A DNA stretch of 64,000 nucleotides. Source: Octopus vulgaris (Eukaryota). Each line of letters begins with the position of its first letter. Position 1 is the stretch's first letter. The stretch lies in assembly GCA_951406725.2 (NCBI GenBank), contig OX597822.1, positions 32,054,001-32,118,000 of the forward strand. The letters are read 5' to 3'. The notes under the pieces were generated by a model. That model was not told where the DNA came from, did not search any database, and worked only from the letters and a program-made list of their open reading frames with translations. The position numbers and the translations under genes were made by a program. Shown here in pieces: positions 12,960 through 25,737 of the stretch.

Positions 12960-14284
12960 CTCCATTCATTATTTTAAAGATGTTCGTTTCCAGAGCGGTT
13001 ATATATTTTTTATACATATGTTAAGTTCCTTGGTAAAGTAATTTTGTTTGGTGTATATGTTGAGGCTTATATGTACTTGTGGGTGTGTGTGAGTGGGGTG
13101 GGTGTTTGTATTTGTTATGGGTGTGTGGTTTACGTGTGTGTATTTGTGTGTGAATGTATAGGTTAAAGGGATTGCTATATAAGTATGTTATAGTGTTTAG
13201 TAAAGGGAGATTTTATCATTTATGTTTTGTGAGTTTTAGCTTATCATGGTAGATTTATAAAAGAATCCATTCATAATTTTTGTGTTTATTTGTCTGTGTG
13301 GGGTTGAGTGGGTTTTTGGAGTATATGTTGAGGTTTATATGTATGTATAGGTATGTGTAAGTGGTGTGGGTATTTGTATATGTCGTGGGTGTGTGGTTTA
13401 TGTGTGTGTATTTGTGTGTGAATGTTTATGTTAGGGGGATTGCTATATAGGTATGTTATAGAGTTTAGTAAAGGGAGATTTTATCATTATATGTTTTTAT
13501 GAGTTTTGGTTTATCATGGTAGGTTTGTTGAGGAATTCGTAGTAATTTGTGTCTATTTGCGATGTCTGTTGTTTTATTGCATTGTTTCATTCATAATTTT
13601 TAAGTAGTGTTCGTTTTACCAAGTGAATATAATTTTTAATTCCATTTATTCCATTTCTCCGTTCATAATTTTAAGTGATGTCCGTTTTCTAGAGCGTGAA
13701 TGTGGGTTGTATGTGTGTGTGTGTGGGAGTATGAATTAGTATTGTGTTGAAGTATTTAGCTATTTTATTTATTTATAGTTGCCTAGACGTTTTTATGTGT
13801 ATGTATAGGGATATATTTATAGGTGTGTGATTTAGTGTATGTAGTTAGATATGGTTATATATAATTAGGTATATGTGTATGGGTGTATATATAGTTTATT
13901 ATTATATTATTATTATTTTTTTGTTTTGTTTTATATTTTATATTTTATATTTTATATTTTATATTTTATATTTTATATTTAATTGTTGATAGGTTTATTT
14001 TAGTTTATATATTGTTTATATATTGATTATATATGGATTATATATAGGTTATATATGGATTATATATTTATATTTTTTCATTCATACTTTAATTATTTTA
14101 AAATTATTATTTTATATTTTAAAATATTGATATTTTAGATTGGAAGTCCACCTGAAGATTGTCGATCAAGACAAGAAACAATTGTAGTGGCGGTTTTTTT
14201 GACTATTTATTAAAATTTTATGTATTGATTAAGTCTTTCCTTGTTTGTTTTGCAAAATAGTGGTTTTGTCTCTAATAATATTTT
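12960..14284 (+). repeat. 3' pseudo-LTR
   Basis: Direct repeat of 6645-7969; ends at (AT)n. Confidence 0.95.
14148..14190 (+). ncRNA. Minimal type I hammerhead ribozyme with intact core in the 3' pLTR
   Basis: Stem I CCAC/GTGG; core CTGAAGA; stem II TTGTC/GACAA; GAAA; palindromic CAATTG stem III; GUA cleavage triplet. Confidence 0.88.
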
Positions 14285-14329
14285 TTATATATATATATAT
14301 ATATATATAAATATATATATGTATATTTG

Positions 14330-14552
14330 TGTGGGGGTGTATGTTTTGTGTGTCTGTGTTTGTCCCCCACCATCGCTTGACAGCTGATGTTGGAGTGTTC
14401 ACGTCCCTGTACCATAGCGGTTCGGGAAAAGAAACCGATCAAATAAGTACTAGACTTACAAGGAATAAGTCCTGCGGTCGATTTGTTTGACTGAAGGCGG
14501 TTCTCCAGCATGGCCATACTCAAATGAGTGAAACAAATAAAAGAATAAAAGA
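14330..14552 (+). mobile_element. SINE family A, 3' half (continuation of 6228-6385)
   Basis: TGTGTTTGTCCCCCACCATCGCTTGACA...GGCGGTTCTCCAGCATGGCC...GAAACAAATAAAAGAATA. Confidence 0.85.
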
Positions 14553-14591
14553 ATAGATATAACATACACACATACATGCATATATACATAC

Positions 14592-14622
<31 letters not shown>

Positions 14623-14685
14623 CATACATAAACACACGCAAACACACACATACACACACAAACACACGCACACACATATATATAG

Positions 14686-14939
14686 CTGTAAATATAATAT
14701 GTGACAATTATTCGGTAGCCATATGAATCTGAGTTTCAAATGTCGGGGCAGTAAACCACGCCGGCATCACTTCAGTTAACGGAAGAGATATCGGCATGGG
14801 TTACCACCCCAACATCCGAAACACATAGTTTTATCACGGCTACCGAATAATTGTCATATATTACATTTACAGATAAATTTCTCCATTTACATAATATCGA
14901 GGTCTCTTTCATTTTTTTTTTGTAGTTTTACCATTTCTA

Positions 14940-14942
<3 letters not shown>
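14686..14942. repeat. Fold-back insert at (TA)n with two head-to-head degenerate HHR-like motifs
   Basis: Arms CTGTAAATATAATATGTGACAATTATTCGGTAGCC / GGCTACCGAATAATTGTCATATATTACATTTACAG, centred on GTTAAC at 14775-14780. Confidence 0.75.
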
Positions 14943-14998
<56 letters not shown>

Positions 14999-15009
14999 AA
15001 CGTAGATGC

Positions 15010-15347
15010 TGATTGCCAACATAATATGGCTCTCTATGGAAGAGACGGTGATACTGTTCTTTTAGTCCCAAGAAGCACCGTTTCTAGCTGGCTATACGAC
15101 ACACTATACGTGTCCTTATAATTCCGAACAGGGAATTCAGCATCCCCAACTAGCACAAGACAACATCTGGGCAATAACCCTGAAACTAGTCTACGGTGGC
15201 CGTCTTGTGCTTGGTTGAGATGCTAAATTCCCTGTTCGAAATATAAGGACACAGTGTGTCGTATAGCCAGCTAGAAGCGACGCTTCTTGAGGCTAAAACA
15301 ACAGTAACAACGTCCCTTCAAGGATAGCCATGTTATGTTGGGCAATT
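15010..15347. repeat. Diverged inverted repeat with ~150-bp arms between (TA)n tracts
   Basis: 15010-15161 versus 15202-15347. The spacer contains GGG-caataa-CCC-T-GAAAC-TA-GTC, which resembles the 3' half of an HHR. Confidence 0.8.
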
Positions 15348-15390
15348 GGCTTTTATTTTAAAGAACTGTTATAGTAAATATATATATATA

Positions 15391-15680
15391 TATAAAAGAA
15401 GTTTTGAAAATGCAATTTTAAAAGATGTATATTTACTTGACCGGTTTCACTTTTTTAGAAACAAATTGTCAAAAGTAACGTGTAAAAGCTTGGTTGTGTT
15501 AGGTACTGTGTGACAACCAGTAAGTAACACAGCCAAGCTTTTACACGTTACTTTTGACAATTTGTTTCTAAAAAAAGTGAAACCGGTCAAGTAAATATAC
15601 ATATTTTAAAATTGCTTTTTCAAACCTTCTTTCATATATAATTCCACTCGTGCGGTACCTTACAACTCCACATAGTTATA
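15391..15680. repeat. Near-perfect inverted repeat with ~110-bp arms and a degenerate HHR in each arm
   Basis: 15391-15501 versus 15525-15640. The right arm has TTACTT-TTGACAA-...-GAAA-CCGG-TC-AAGTAA at 15548-15594. Same family as 62300-62445. Confidence 0.85.
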
Positions 15681-15686
15681 TATATG

Positions 15687-15776
<90 letters not shown>

Positions 15777-16207
15777 CATACATACATATATATATATATA
15801 AATATATATTAATATATATATAAATATATATATGTATGTATATAAATATGTGTGTGTATATGTGTGTGAGCGTGAGCATATGTGTTTGTGGGCTCATGTG
15901 CGTGTATTAGTAGTTGAGTGCCATTAATATGATTACATGATTACATGTAAAAAGTCGCAATTATTTAATCATAGTTTGAATAACTATAGTTCAGCAAAAT
16001 TTGCTAAACTGAGTGCAAATTAATTAGTAAGGTAATTAACTAATTAATTAATTTGTTCATTAATTGATTATTCCTTTTGTATTTGTACCATCTGCTACCA
16101 TACGAAATTTTGTTTGACATTATGTTTGCTCTCAGTGTTATAAAATGTCTGTTTTGATCTAATCTCCAAACTGCGATTAAATAATGATGAATTATTGCAT
16201 GTAAAAG

Positions 16208-16627
16208 GGGCGAATTGGCAGAAACGTTAGAACGCTGGGCGAAATGCTTAGCAGTATTTGATTCGTCTTTACGTTCTGAGTTCAAATTCCGCCGAGGTCG
16301 ACTTTGTCTTTCATCTTTTTGGTGTCGATTAAAAATGTACCAGTTACGCTCGATATAATCGACTTAATCCTTCTGTCTGTCTTTGTTTGTCCCCTCTGTA
16401 TGTAGCCCCTTGTGGGCAGTAAAGAAATAAGAAATGTTAACACGCCGGGCGAAATACTTAGCGGTATTTCGTCCGTCTTTACGTTCTGAGTTCAAATTCT
16501 GCCGAGGTCGACTGTGCCTTTCACCCTTTCGGGGTCGATTCATTAAGTATAAGTTGCGTACTGGAGTCGATCTAATCGACTGGCCCCCTCTTCCAATATT
16601 TCGGGCTTTGAGCTTCGAGCAGAAAAA
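16208..16627 (+). mobile_element. SINE family B, two tandem copies
   Basis: GGCGAATTGGCAGAAACGTTAG..GAGTTCAAATTCCGCCGAGGTCGACTTTG..TTTCATC..GTCGAT..GTACCAG; tRNA-like B box (GAGTTCAAATTC). Confidence 0.85.
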
Positions 16628-16694
16628 AGTTAACGTATGAAACTAATGGTATCCTTGAAACAATAATATTGGGTGACTTTAATATTAGTTTAAA

Positions 16695-16897
16695 ATTTTG
16701 GGCACAAGGCCACCAATTTCGAGGGTAGGCGTAAGTCGAATTCTTCGAAACGAGTGCTCGATTGGAACTTATGTTAACGAACACGAAATGATGAAATCAA
16801 ATTTGACTTCAGTGCAATTTGATCTGAGAGCATAAAAATTGACAAAAGGTTGCTAAGTATTGGTTCGGCATGATAATGACCCTGCCAGCTCACCACC
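16695..16897 (-). mobile_element. SINE family B, degraded
   Basis: Diverged reverse-complement match to the 16208 copy. Confidence 0.55.
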
Positions 16898-17009
16898 TGT
16901 GGGTGCCTTTAATATTGAAACAAAATATTAATTAATAATGCGATGTTGATTATCCATTTTCTGGTTCGTTACTTGCTTATATACATATATGCATGTATGT
17001 ATGTATCAC

Positions 17010-17072
<63 letters not shown>

Positions 17073-17765
17073 GTCTATCTCTCTATCTACCTCTCTATCT
17101 ATCTCTCTATCTATCTTTCCATCTCTCTCTCTCTCTCTCCCTCTATCTGACTGTCTGTCTATCTATATGTATATATACACACATGTGTGTGCGCGCGTCT
17201 GTGTATGTGTTTGTGTATGTGTGAGTGTGTGTGTCTGTGTGTGTGTGTGTGTGCGTATGTGTGTGTGTAGGTAGGTATGTATGTCTATATGTATCATTTG
17301 GATTTTGAAAATATGTCGGTTTTTCAATATTCAAAGCGAAAAATATGCGATATCGCATTAAAATCAGGCGACTTTGCCTTTAATCCTTTGAGCGTCGATG
17401 AAACAGAGTATCAGATAAATACGTGGATGGATCAAATAATATTCCTTTAACATGCTAAATATGAAAGGGAATATAATTTGAGATTAAGTCTAGACAAATA
17501 AAATATGCAATATCAGCAGCATACATGCAATGACATATTACATTCCCGCAGAGAGAGTTGATCTAATAATTAATTAGAATAAATGATTATCAATGGTCGG
17601 ACACATGTCAATCATTTCGTTGGAGATAAAGACATTTTATCTCAGGACAATATGCTGACTATTAATATAATTATATCATAATATGATTTGTTTGAGTGAT
17701 ACATGAAGGGCGGCATATTGCAGTTGTTGTCTTAGTTTCTCATCGATCCATATATATATATATAT

Positions 17766-17967
17766 GTGACCGCGTGAGAACCGCCAGCGATTTTTTTCCT
17801 CTGTCTTCCCTTCTCGGGATCTTTTCTTCTCCTATGTTTCAGACGAAGAGCTCCGCTCGAAACATTAAACCCTCCTTCTTCCCTTCTTTCCTGAGCGTCC
17901 AATAATACATTATTTGTTCCACGTCCTCGCGTTGCTGTGTTTTTTTGTGTTTACTTGTTTGGATTAA

Positions 17968-18018
<51 letters not shown>

Positions 18019-18167
18019 CCTACGCATATACATCCTACGATTTCTGTCGGAGAGCGTAGGCAGGAAACGTCAAAGAATTTTCTAATTTTTCACAAGCCTT
18101 AAAACAATATACCTGCTTGTTATTCCCTCCACCTGTCTCTGTCTTTTGTTACCTGCATATTTGAACC
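17766..18167 (+). mobile_element. Two short PLE pLTR-end fragments at (TA)n, each with a degenerate minimal HHR (17836-17870, 18041-18074)
   Basis: GTTT-CAGACGA-A-GAGC-TCC-GCTC-GAAA-CATT-AAAC and TTT-CTGTCGG-A-GAGC-GTAG-GCAG-GAAA-CGTC-AAA. Downstream sequence is homologous to the PLE end at 24735-24870. Confidence 0.65.
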
Positions 18168-18209
18168 AAATATATAAATATATATCTATCTACCTATATA
18201 CTACCTATA

Positions 18210-18250
<41 letters not shown>

Positions 18251-18658
18251 TTGCAAGATTCTTGATGCGAAATCGTGTGTGAAACAGATGTTGTTGTATT
18301 TAGGAATGGTCTTCCCACACACACACACACTAACTAAACATAAACACACATAGGGGTATACGCATGCGCAAATAAAGACACATACAATAGGAATACAAAA
18401 TGCAAAATGACTGACTGTTAGTAAGGAGAGACACACACATAAGAAAGAAGAAAGAAATGAACCACTGATGACTGACTATAGAACTCTGGCCGAAACAAGA
18501 TTAAGATTAATATATTAATCTATATTAATCTTAATATATGAAAATAAAGTTTAGTTGGTAGCCGAAAGCTTACTGAATCTTCTGATACCCCATTCGTCAA
18601 AATCAGCATCTCAGTTTTGGAATGCATAAGGAACATACGCTCTGTCTGTTTCTCTCTC

Positions 18659-18721
<63 letters not shown>

Positions 18722-20215
18722 TATAAGCTCTCTTTTGTGGGTGTAGATATATAAATGTACACATATATACATGAAATCTTTATATATGGTGGAAGTCGAA
18801 GTACAGAAAGCAATAGATTATTGGGTTAAAAAAAGCCTTCGATGTAAAATATATATCGTGAGATTTATTTCTATCCAAGGGTTTGGATAAATCAGTATTC
18901 TACAGACCATTATTTATGACTTTATCTACTTCGAGTTCCATAGTTAAATACGATATATTTCATATCTCTAGAAGTTTCTATACTGGTATGACATCTGTCT
19001 GTGTGTATGCGTGTTTGTGTGTGTATGTGTTTGTGTATGTGTGTGTGTGTTTGTGTCCATGTATGTGTAATTATAACCAAAGGAGACCAATAAAATACAT
19101 TTTGTTGGATTCATTGTTGTAAGAAAAAATATTAAAATTCAGTCCCAATGAATTTGAGAATATAATTCATTGCTCTTTGTACGCTCGATTGAACAGTGTA
19201 TCTCTGAATTTACCGATTTATCTATTTGTCTGGCTGTCTCTCTTTCGCTTGGACATTGTATGTGGTTTCGTGATTACCGAGGACGATTCATTTGACCTAC
19301 ACTTTTCTAGAAGATTATCCAACGGTTTCGCTTTTTATGCAACAAATACATGCAAAACATTAACAAAATATTTAATAGATTAGCATAATCTGTTGTGTCC
19401 AATAGACAATATTGTCTGTTGCTTATTTTGTCTATCATGTATGTATGAAAGCTTAAGCTATACGATTTGAAATCCAAACATACTATTTTTGTCATTTTTT
19501 CATCATCACCATCGTGTTATTAATAATTTCCTCAAAGCAATATTATTACTATATCAGCATCTCATACTTCGATTTGTCTGTTTTGATATTCCTCCAATAT
19601 TCAAACGATTGGCACATATCAATATATTCTACCGTGGGTTTTGAAAATATTCCTCCCTAAACATCAAACGTTAACCTATTTAGGAATATATCATTTCCAA
19701 ACGTGGTGACCAGCTGTCTTAAAATTTCGTTCCGTTAAAGATTATGGAGGGTTTATGTAACCTGATTTATATCTGCATTTAGGCGCTAATGCCTAATAGC
19801 ATAACGTTACCTACATTTGAAATGTAAACCAAAGATATATTTTTAGCACTATAATGTATATGCTAATAATTATTTACGCTTCCATTGCTATACTTACATG
19901 AAAAAAGCGCAACAAAATTGAAAGCTAAAATGAATTCTGAGGATTCATTACATTTGAAGAACATTACTGCACGCAAGCTGTTGCTTGTTGCAGTATTTAT
20001 TTGAATATGCAGATATTTATGTACCCCACTCAAATACACACACACACGCACACATGAAAATACATATATTTATGCACACAAATAAAGACATGTATATGTA
20101 TGTATTTTATACGTATGCATGTGCATGTATGTATATATGTATATATATATAAGTATATATATATGTATATATGTATGTTTATATGTATATATAAATATAT
20201 ATATGTATATATGTA

Positions 20216-20316
<101 letters not shown>

Positions 20317-20964
20317 GTTTGTTAGTGCGAGGGTGTAAGAAAAATTTATATTTTTACATTAAACATACTCCTTATTCTTAAGCTGAAACTAAAACAATAA
20401 ATAATTTATTGCCTCCCTATTGATGTTACACGCGTTATGAGTTTGGAGACTTACTTTATTCGGATGTATTGTCGTATATCTTTCTGGAGAATATAAATAA
20501 AAGTTCAAAATACGAAAATCATTTGCATTCGACAAAACCCCTTATTACTTTAAGATTTCATTGCTTTGTAGCAAATTGCATTTCTCAAAAATACATGTAC
20601 ATGATAAAAACAAACCAACGTGCAAATTTCACAATATCCATTCAACGAAATATCTCAACTACGCACTGAAGAGAAGAAAGCACAACCTTTGCTGCGGAAA
20701 CAGCCAATGGTACCGCTGAATCAGCCGCATTATCTCACGTTACTTTTTCTTCCAGATGAGGAAACTTAATTTGATGGAGGTATCTACCAGTCCAGCATCC
20801 GAGGTCTGCATATGTTTTAAAACAGCGGTCAGCATGAAAATAAATTATGCTGTCAATCTTTATGATGAATATATGGACATCTGCTCTTCTGTATTTTGGA
20901 CAGCATCTCTCAAGCTTATTAACAAAATGACAGGTCGATCCTGTGCTCACCTAGGCTAAAGAAA

Positions 20965-22003
20965 TACGAAGACAAGTGAAAAATTGTACACACTTTTGTT
21001 TGTACAATTTATTAAAGCAAAAATCCTGGGATTGAATACTTACATCAGTTTTCGATATAGTCTCTTTGTTTTTGATTCACTTCTTCCAACGGTTCACAAG
21101 CTCGCTAATTCCATCCGTAAAGAGACTTTTCGGTTGGTCGCATAGCTATTTATACTCCACCTCCTGCAACTCTTCGTGAGTAGCAAACCTACGAACTTCG
21201 TTAATAATGCTTGAATAGTCCAAAGTGGTGACAGCCAGAAAGAACGAGATCGGGACCGCTAGATATTTTAGACATTTCCACTCCATATTCTGCCTTTTGA
21301 TTCTGGCTCAAAGTTATGTAGTCAGGTCTCATCTCCTGTGACTATTTTCCCTCTAAAAAAGTTAAATAAATAAAATGCTTCACTTTCATTATTGCAAAGG
21401 CCGAGTCGGCATTGACAGATCTCCAAAGAGTTACGCTTATGCGCTTTAATAAGATTTCTTGGCACCATCTCGCACACTCTTTACTTAAACGAAGCTTGTC
21501 GCGAATGATTTCGTAAGTAGAACCATGACTTATATGCAGAGAATTTGGTGCCTCATTGATGGTCACTCATCGATTCACCAGAACTAACTATCGAGTTTGC
21601 TGAATCGTCACACCAGTGGTGAGGTTGATAGGTATTCTGCTCCCGCTTCGGGCTTCACGCTTGTCCAGACATTTTTAAACTTCCCGATCTGCTCATACAC
21701 ACTTCTACGCGGTAGTTCGGTGTCTCGGTATTGTACTGAAAGTTTGCGATGTGTTTCAGCCTCTGACTTACATTCAGACCAGAGAAATCGGATCACTTAT
21801 CTCTGTTCTTCTTTGGTGTATACTGCCAGTGGAGCGGCCACGTTTACTCTGAAACACAAAATAGAAGATTGGAGCGAGCAACATCAAACCTCGGTTACGT
21901 AAACACAAGTGTACCATCTTTTAACATGCAATCACTGAAGGCAGTGCAACCAAACTATAAAAAGTTTTCGTGAAAGTACGGATAAGTTTTGATCTTCTCT
22001 GAT
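20965..22003 (-). mobile_element. Degenerate mariner transposon, internally deleted
   Basis: HTH IRFLWSE..ETHRKLSVQY; ISHGSTYEIIRDKL..KECARW; IVTGDET; PDLVLSGCHHFGLFK; LVNRWKK. Ends are approximate. Confidence 0.8.
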
Positions 22004-23174
22004 AAAATTAATCCATTGTCTGTTTTAACAAGATTCAACTAGAGTAATCATCCGTATATGAAATCTTGTCTGAAATTAACCTCTTCTTTGACTTCCCTAA
22101 GCACGGCTGCCATTAAAATTGTCAAGTAGTACTCTTCATTTTTCTTAGTTAATGGTCTCATCACTCCAAAGCCAACTATTTAAAAACCAAGAGGTATCCT
22201 ACAAAGTTTATGAAGTGAAAGACGTTATACAAACCAAAAACACTATATATGTAAATCAAAATTGAACAATGTTAGAACACGCAGTGTAGATGGGTACAAT
22301 AATTGTAAAGCAAATATCAGTCACTGCTTTCGCTAAGCAGATAACAACCTGCAATCTAAGTGGCTGCTGTTCGTATTTGACCCAGGCGAACAATAGTACA
22401 ATGGATCTATGCTATGTGTGTCCCATGTTTTATTAACGCAGTGTTTAAGTACGTATCCAATGTGTTCTTTATTCCTTTAACGATAATTTATAATGGAAGA
22501 TTGGCTGATGTATCCAGCAAGACATGCAAACAAATGGAGAGCATCTCGTTGACATTTGTAATCCTTGTACTTCGCGTGTTAATTCTTGCTTACAGGCTGC
22601 AGAAAATATTGTTGAGATTTATAATAGGAACGAAAGAATGTGTCGATATTTCGAAGGCCGTTGCTTTAATATGCTATATGGAAACGAGAGTTTGCAAAGC
22701 TTTACATTTCTAACAATACGATATCTGTTCAATGATTGAGGGGTTTGAAACTATTAACGAAATATATTTGCAATATAGCTTACGTGGTAGTAATACACTC
22801 GAGCAAGGAAAGAGTTTCATCACAACAATTTAATTTGAGAAAGAATCATCTAGATTCAAAATCGATACGTAAAGTTAGATATATAACCAGCGATATGCAA
22901 CTATCGCTTTGACCGTAAGCTCTTCGTGCAAAATATAAAACAAGTTGTGTACATGTTATAGTTTTGCTTTTACGCTGTTCTTATTTGCTTTTCATTTTTT
23001 TTTTTTTTTTGGCAAATTTGAATAGGATGTGTAATATGTAAATCTGAATAAACTCGGCATTCAGTATTTTGATTCCCGTAAGTGTCTGGTAATAATTCGA
23101 TACAGATTAATGCACTTCTTCGTTAAATACAAAAAAAGTAAATATACACTAGGACATATATATATATGTGTGTG

Positions 23175-23310
23175 TAGACAACAAACAGATGTATTAGTAT
23201 AACGCTCGGGAAGTGAAAAATCTTTAACGTTTTGAGCCTACGCACTTCCACAGAAAGAAACAAGGATAGAAAATAAAGAATATGTAGTAGTTAGCGATCT
23301 ATCATGGCGA
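23175..23310 (-). mobile_element. PLE pLTR-end fragment with a degenerate minimal HHR (23221-23258)
   Basis: Reverse complement TCTTT-CTGTGGA-A-GTGC-GTAG-GCTC-AAAA-CGTT-AAAGA; homologous to 24780-24870. Confidence 0.6.
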
Positions 23311-24561
23311 TTATATACAAACATATATTTTTCAAAAATATTTTTATATTTTTCAACGCTATTTTCATTCAAACGCAACTGATGCTTGAAAGCAACTGAG
23401 TGAGAGACAGTGGTCTGAGGGAGTCCTGCGTTGCCAGATGCTGCCACAGTTATTGTACGTGCAGCTGCCCAACGTCCGAAAATTGGCTTTTTATTGATTT
23501 ATTTATTTTTTTGTGGTCGTAAATGCGGATGGTTGTAAGTCGAGGAAAAGGTGTTCTGTATTTGTGAGGCGAACACAGGTGCTAGTCCAGCTAAGCTATT
23601 AACAGGCAAGATGTGTAGATGGAGAGAAATTACTGAAGTATACAAAAAAAACAACAACAACACAAACACATACGTACACACACGCACAAATTCCCGCACA
23701 GACGCTCATACACACAGAAACGGATATATGCTGTGATAAACGTTATTGATTGAGATAGACGTAATTGCAAACTGCATTCGATTTAAGTGCAACTGCTTTC
23801 GATCGTCGGTTGTATTTAAGTAACTTTTGCATAACTTACATATCAGGAATTAAGATCCGTGATAAGCTAATATACTGCATATATCCTTATTAGTTACATT
23901 TCCCACGGTACGTTAATGTGTTCTATAGATTGTGAACATATATTATAGATTGTGAACATTTACGCGAATCCACATCGCAAAAGCGGAAATCGACCAATAT
24001 TAAATGAAAAATGTAACCGCTGGTTTATGCCTTCGATAAAATTGATACACTTTGGAGAAAGTTACAATTCAGTTGATAACTACACTGAATGATTGTAAAT
24101 ATCCGATAAATACTTTCATACAAGATATCATGCTATACCAAGATTAGAACAAAATCTCTATTTCAATTTAATCAAAACGGTTTCGAACACTACGACTCTT
24201 CGCTTCTGTTACTAGATCCGGTGCAAGACTAGAATTTAACATATACTTACATACATACTAGCATATTTGATTGTGTATGTGTGTTTGTGTGTTTATGTGT
24301 GTGTGTGTGTATATAGGTCCATTTACGAATTTGCTTTCCAAGGTTCCTGATGTGACATGATCTTGTTATATTTCGGGACGGTCATTTCTTTTCTCGCCAA
24401 GTAAACACGCGCACTATATTTTCGTTCTTCACTCGTTAATTATTATTCTTATATTATCTGATGACTATTATCTGAAATTCATTCGTCACACACCTGTGAC
24501 CTCCTTAGCGACTCTTCCATCTGTATTTTTCGTCGTGTTCTGTTGAATTTCTTCTGTTTCT

Positions 24562-24734
<173 letters not shown>

Positions 24735-25737
24735 ACGGTAAGCTTTATGAAAATAAACAAAAGACGAAGGCAGGTGGAGTACAAACAAACGATTGTATTA
24801 GTATGGGGCTCAGGAATAGAAATAAAACAAGTCTTTTACGTTTCGAGCCTACTCTCTTCAACAAAAAGATACACAGAAAAGAAACACGGAGAGAAACAAG
24901 GAGAGAAAAAAATGCGTGCAGGAGCTAACGAATCAACATGGCGGTCTGATTTCTGCCAGAAGTCAGAGATCAGACGTGAGGCGCAAGAGGGAAAGTAGGG
25001 GAGATAACAGGGTCAAATGACTTCGCCCCAACATAAGGATGCGTGTGTGTATGAGAGAGTATGTGCGTATGAGAGGTCTTGACGTGTGTATGTATGATGT
25101 GATGTGTAATGTCGTATGGTGTAGTGTAGAGAGAGGAGATGAGGGGGAGGGGGAGAGGGGGGAGAGATGAGATGAGGGGGAGAGGGGAGGTGGAGGGAGG
25201 GTAGAGAGGGAGAGTGAGAGGGGAGAAGGAAAGAGGAGAAGAAGAGGGAGTAGGGAGGTGGAGGGGAAAGAAGGAAGGAGAGGAGGGAGAAGGGGGAGAA
25301 GGAGGAGAAGGAAAGAGGAGAAGAAAAGAGAAGAGGAGGGGGGAAGAAGGAACGAGAGGAGAAGAGGAAAAGAGGAGGGGATGGGAAAGGAGGGGAGAGG
25401 AGGAGGGGGAGAGAAGGGGAGTGAGGGAGCAGAGAGAAAGAGAGAAGGGGAAGAGGGAAGAAGAGGAGGGAAAGTGAGTAGGGTTGAAAAGATGAAGGAC
25501 TGAAGAGAAGTAGGAGGCAGGGGGAAGATTAGATGAGGAGGGGGGAGGTTAGATGAGGAGGGGGAGAGTTGAGACCAAATGGCGTAAAAGAGCGAAGAGA
25601 GAAGATTAATCCCTGTTCACGGCACAAACGGGAATCCAGACGGCCTCTGTGCAAGGACAAACCGAACACAGACAGGTGTTGCAAGGAGTGACCGGTGGAG
25701 CGGAAATGGCGTGAGACCGGTGTGTCGTTGGCAAGGC

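Larger units (their letters stand above)
6386..14284 (+). mobile_element. Near-complete Penelope-like retroelement, Naiad-type
   Basis: RT + GIY-YIG ORF at 8107-10627; near-identical direct pseudo-LTRs at 6645-7969 and 12960-14284; 5' inverted segment 6386-6645; HHR motifs in both pLTRs; 3' end abuts (AT)n. Confidence 0.93.

Noticed and set aside
12420-13700. CRISPR-like or satellite array
   Set aside because: Units are long, imperfect and irregular, have no unique spacers, and lie inside a eukaryotic retroelement.
25130-25570. Glu/Gly/Arg-rich ORFs in a purine tract
   Set aside because: Low-complexity GA-rich strand opposite the pyrimidine-rich 3' UTR of the PLE fragment.
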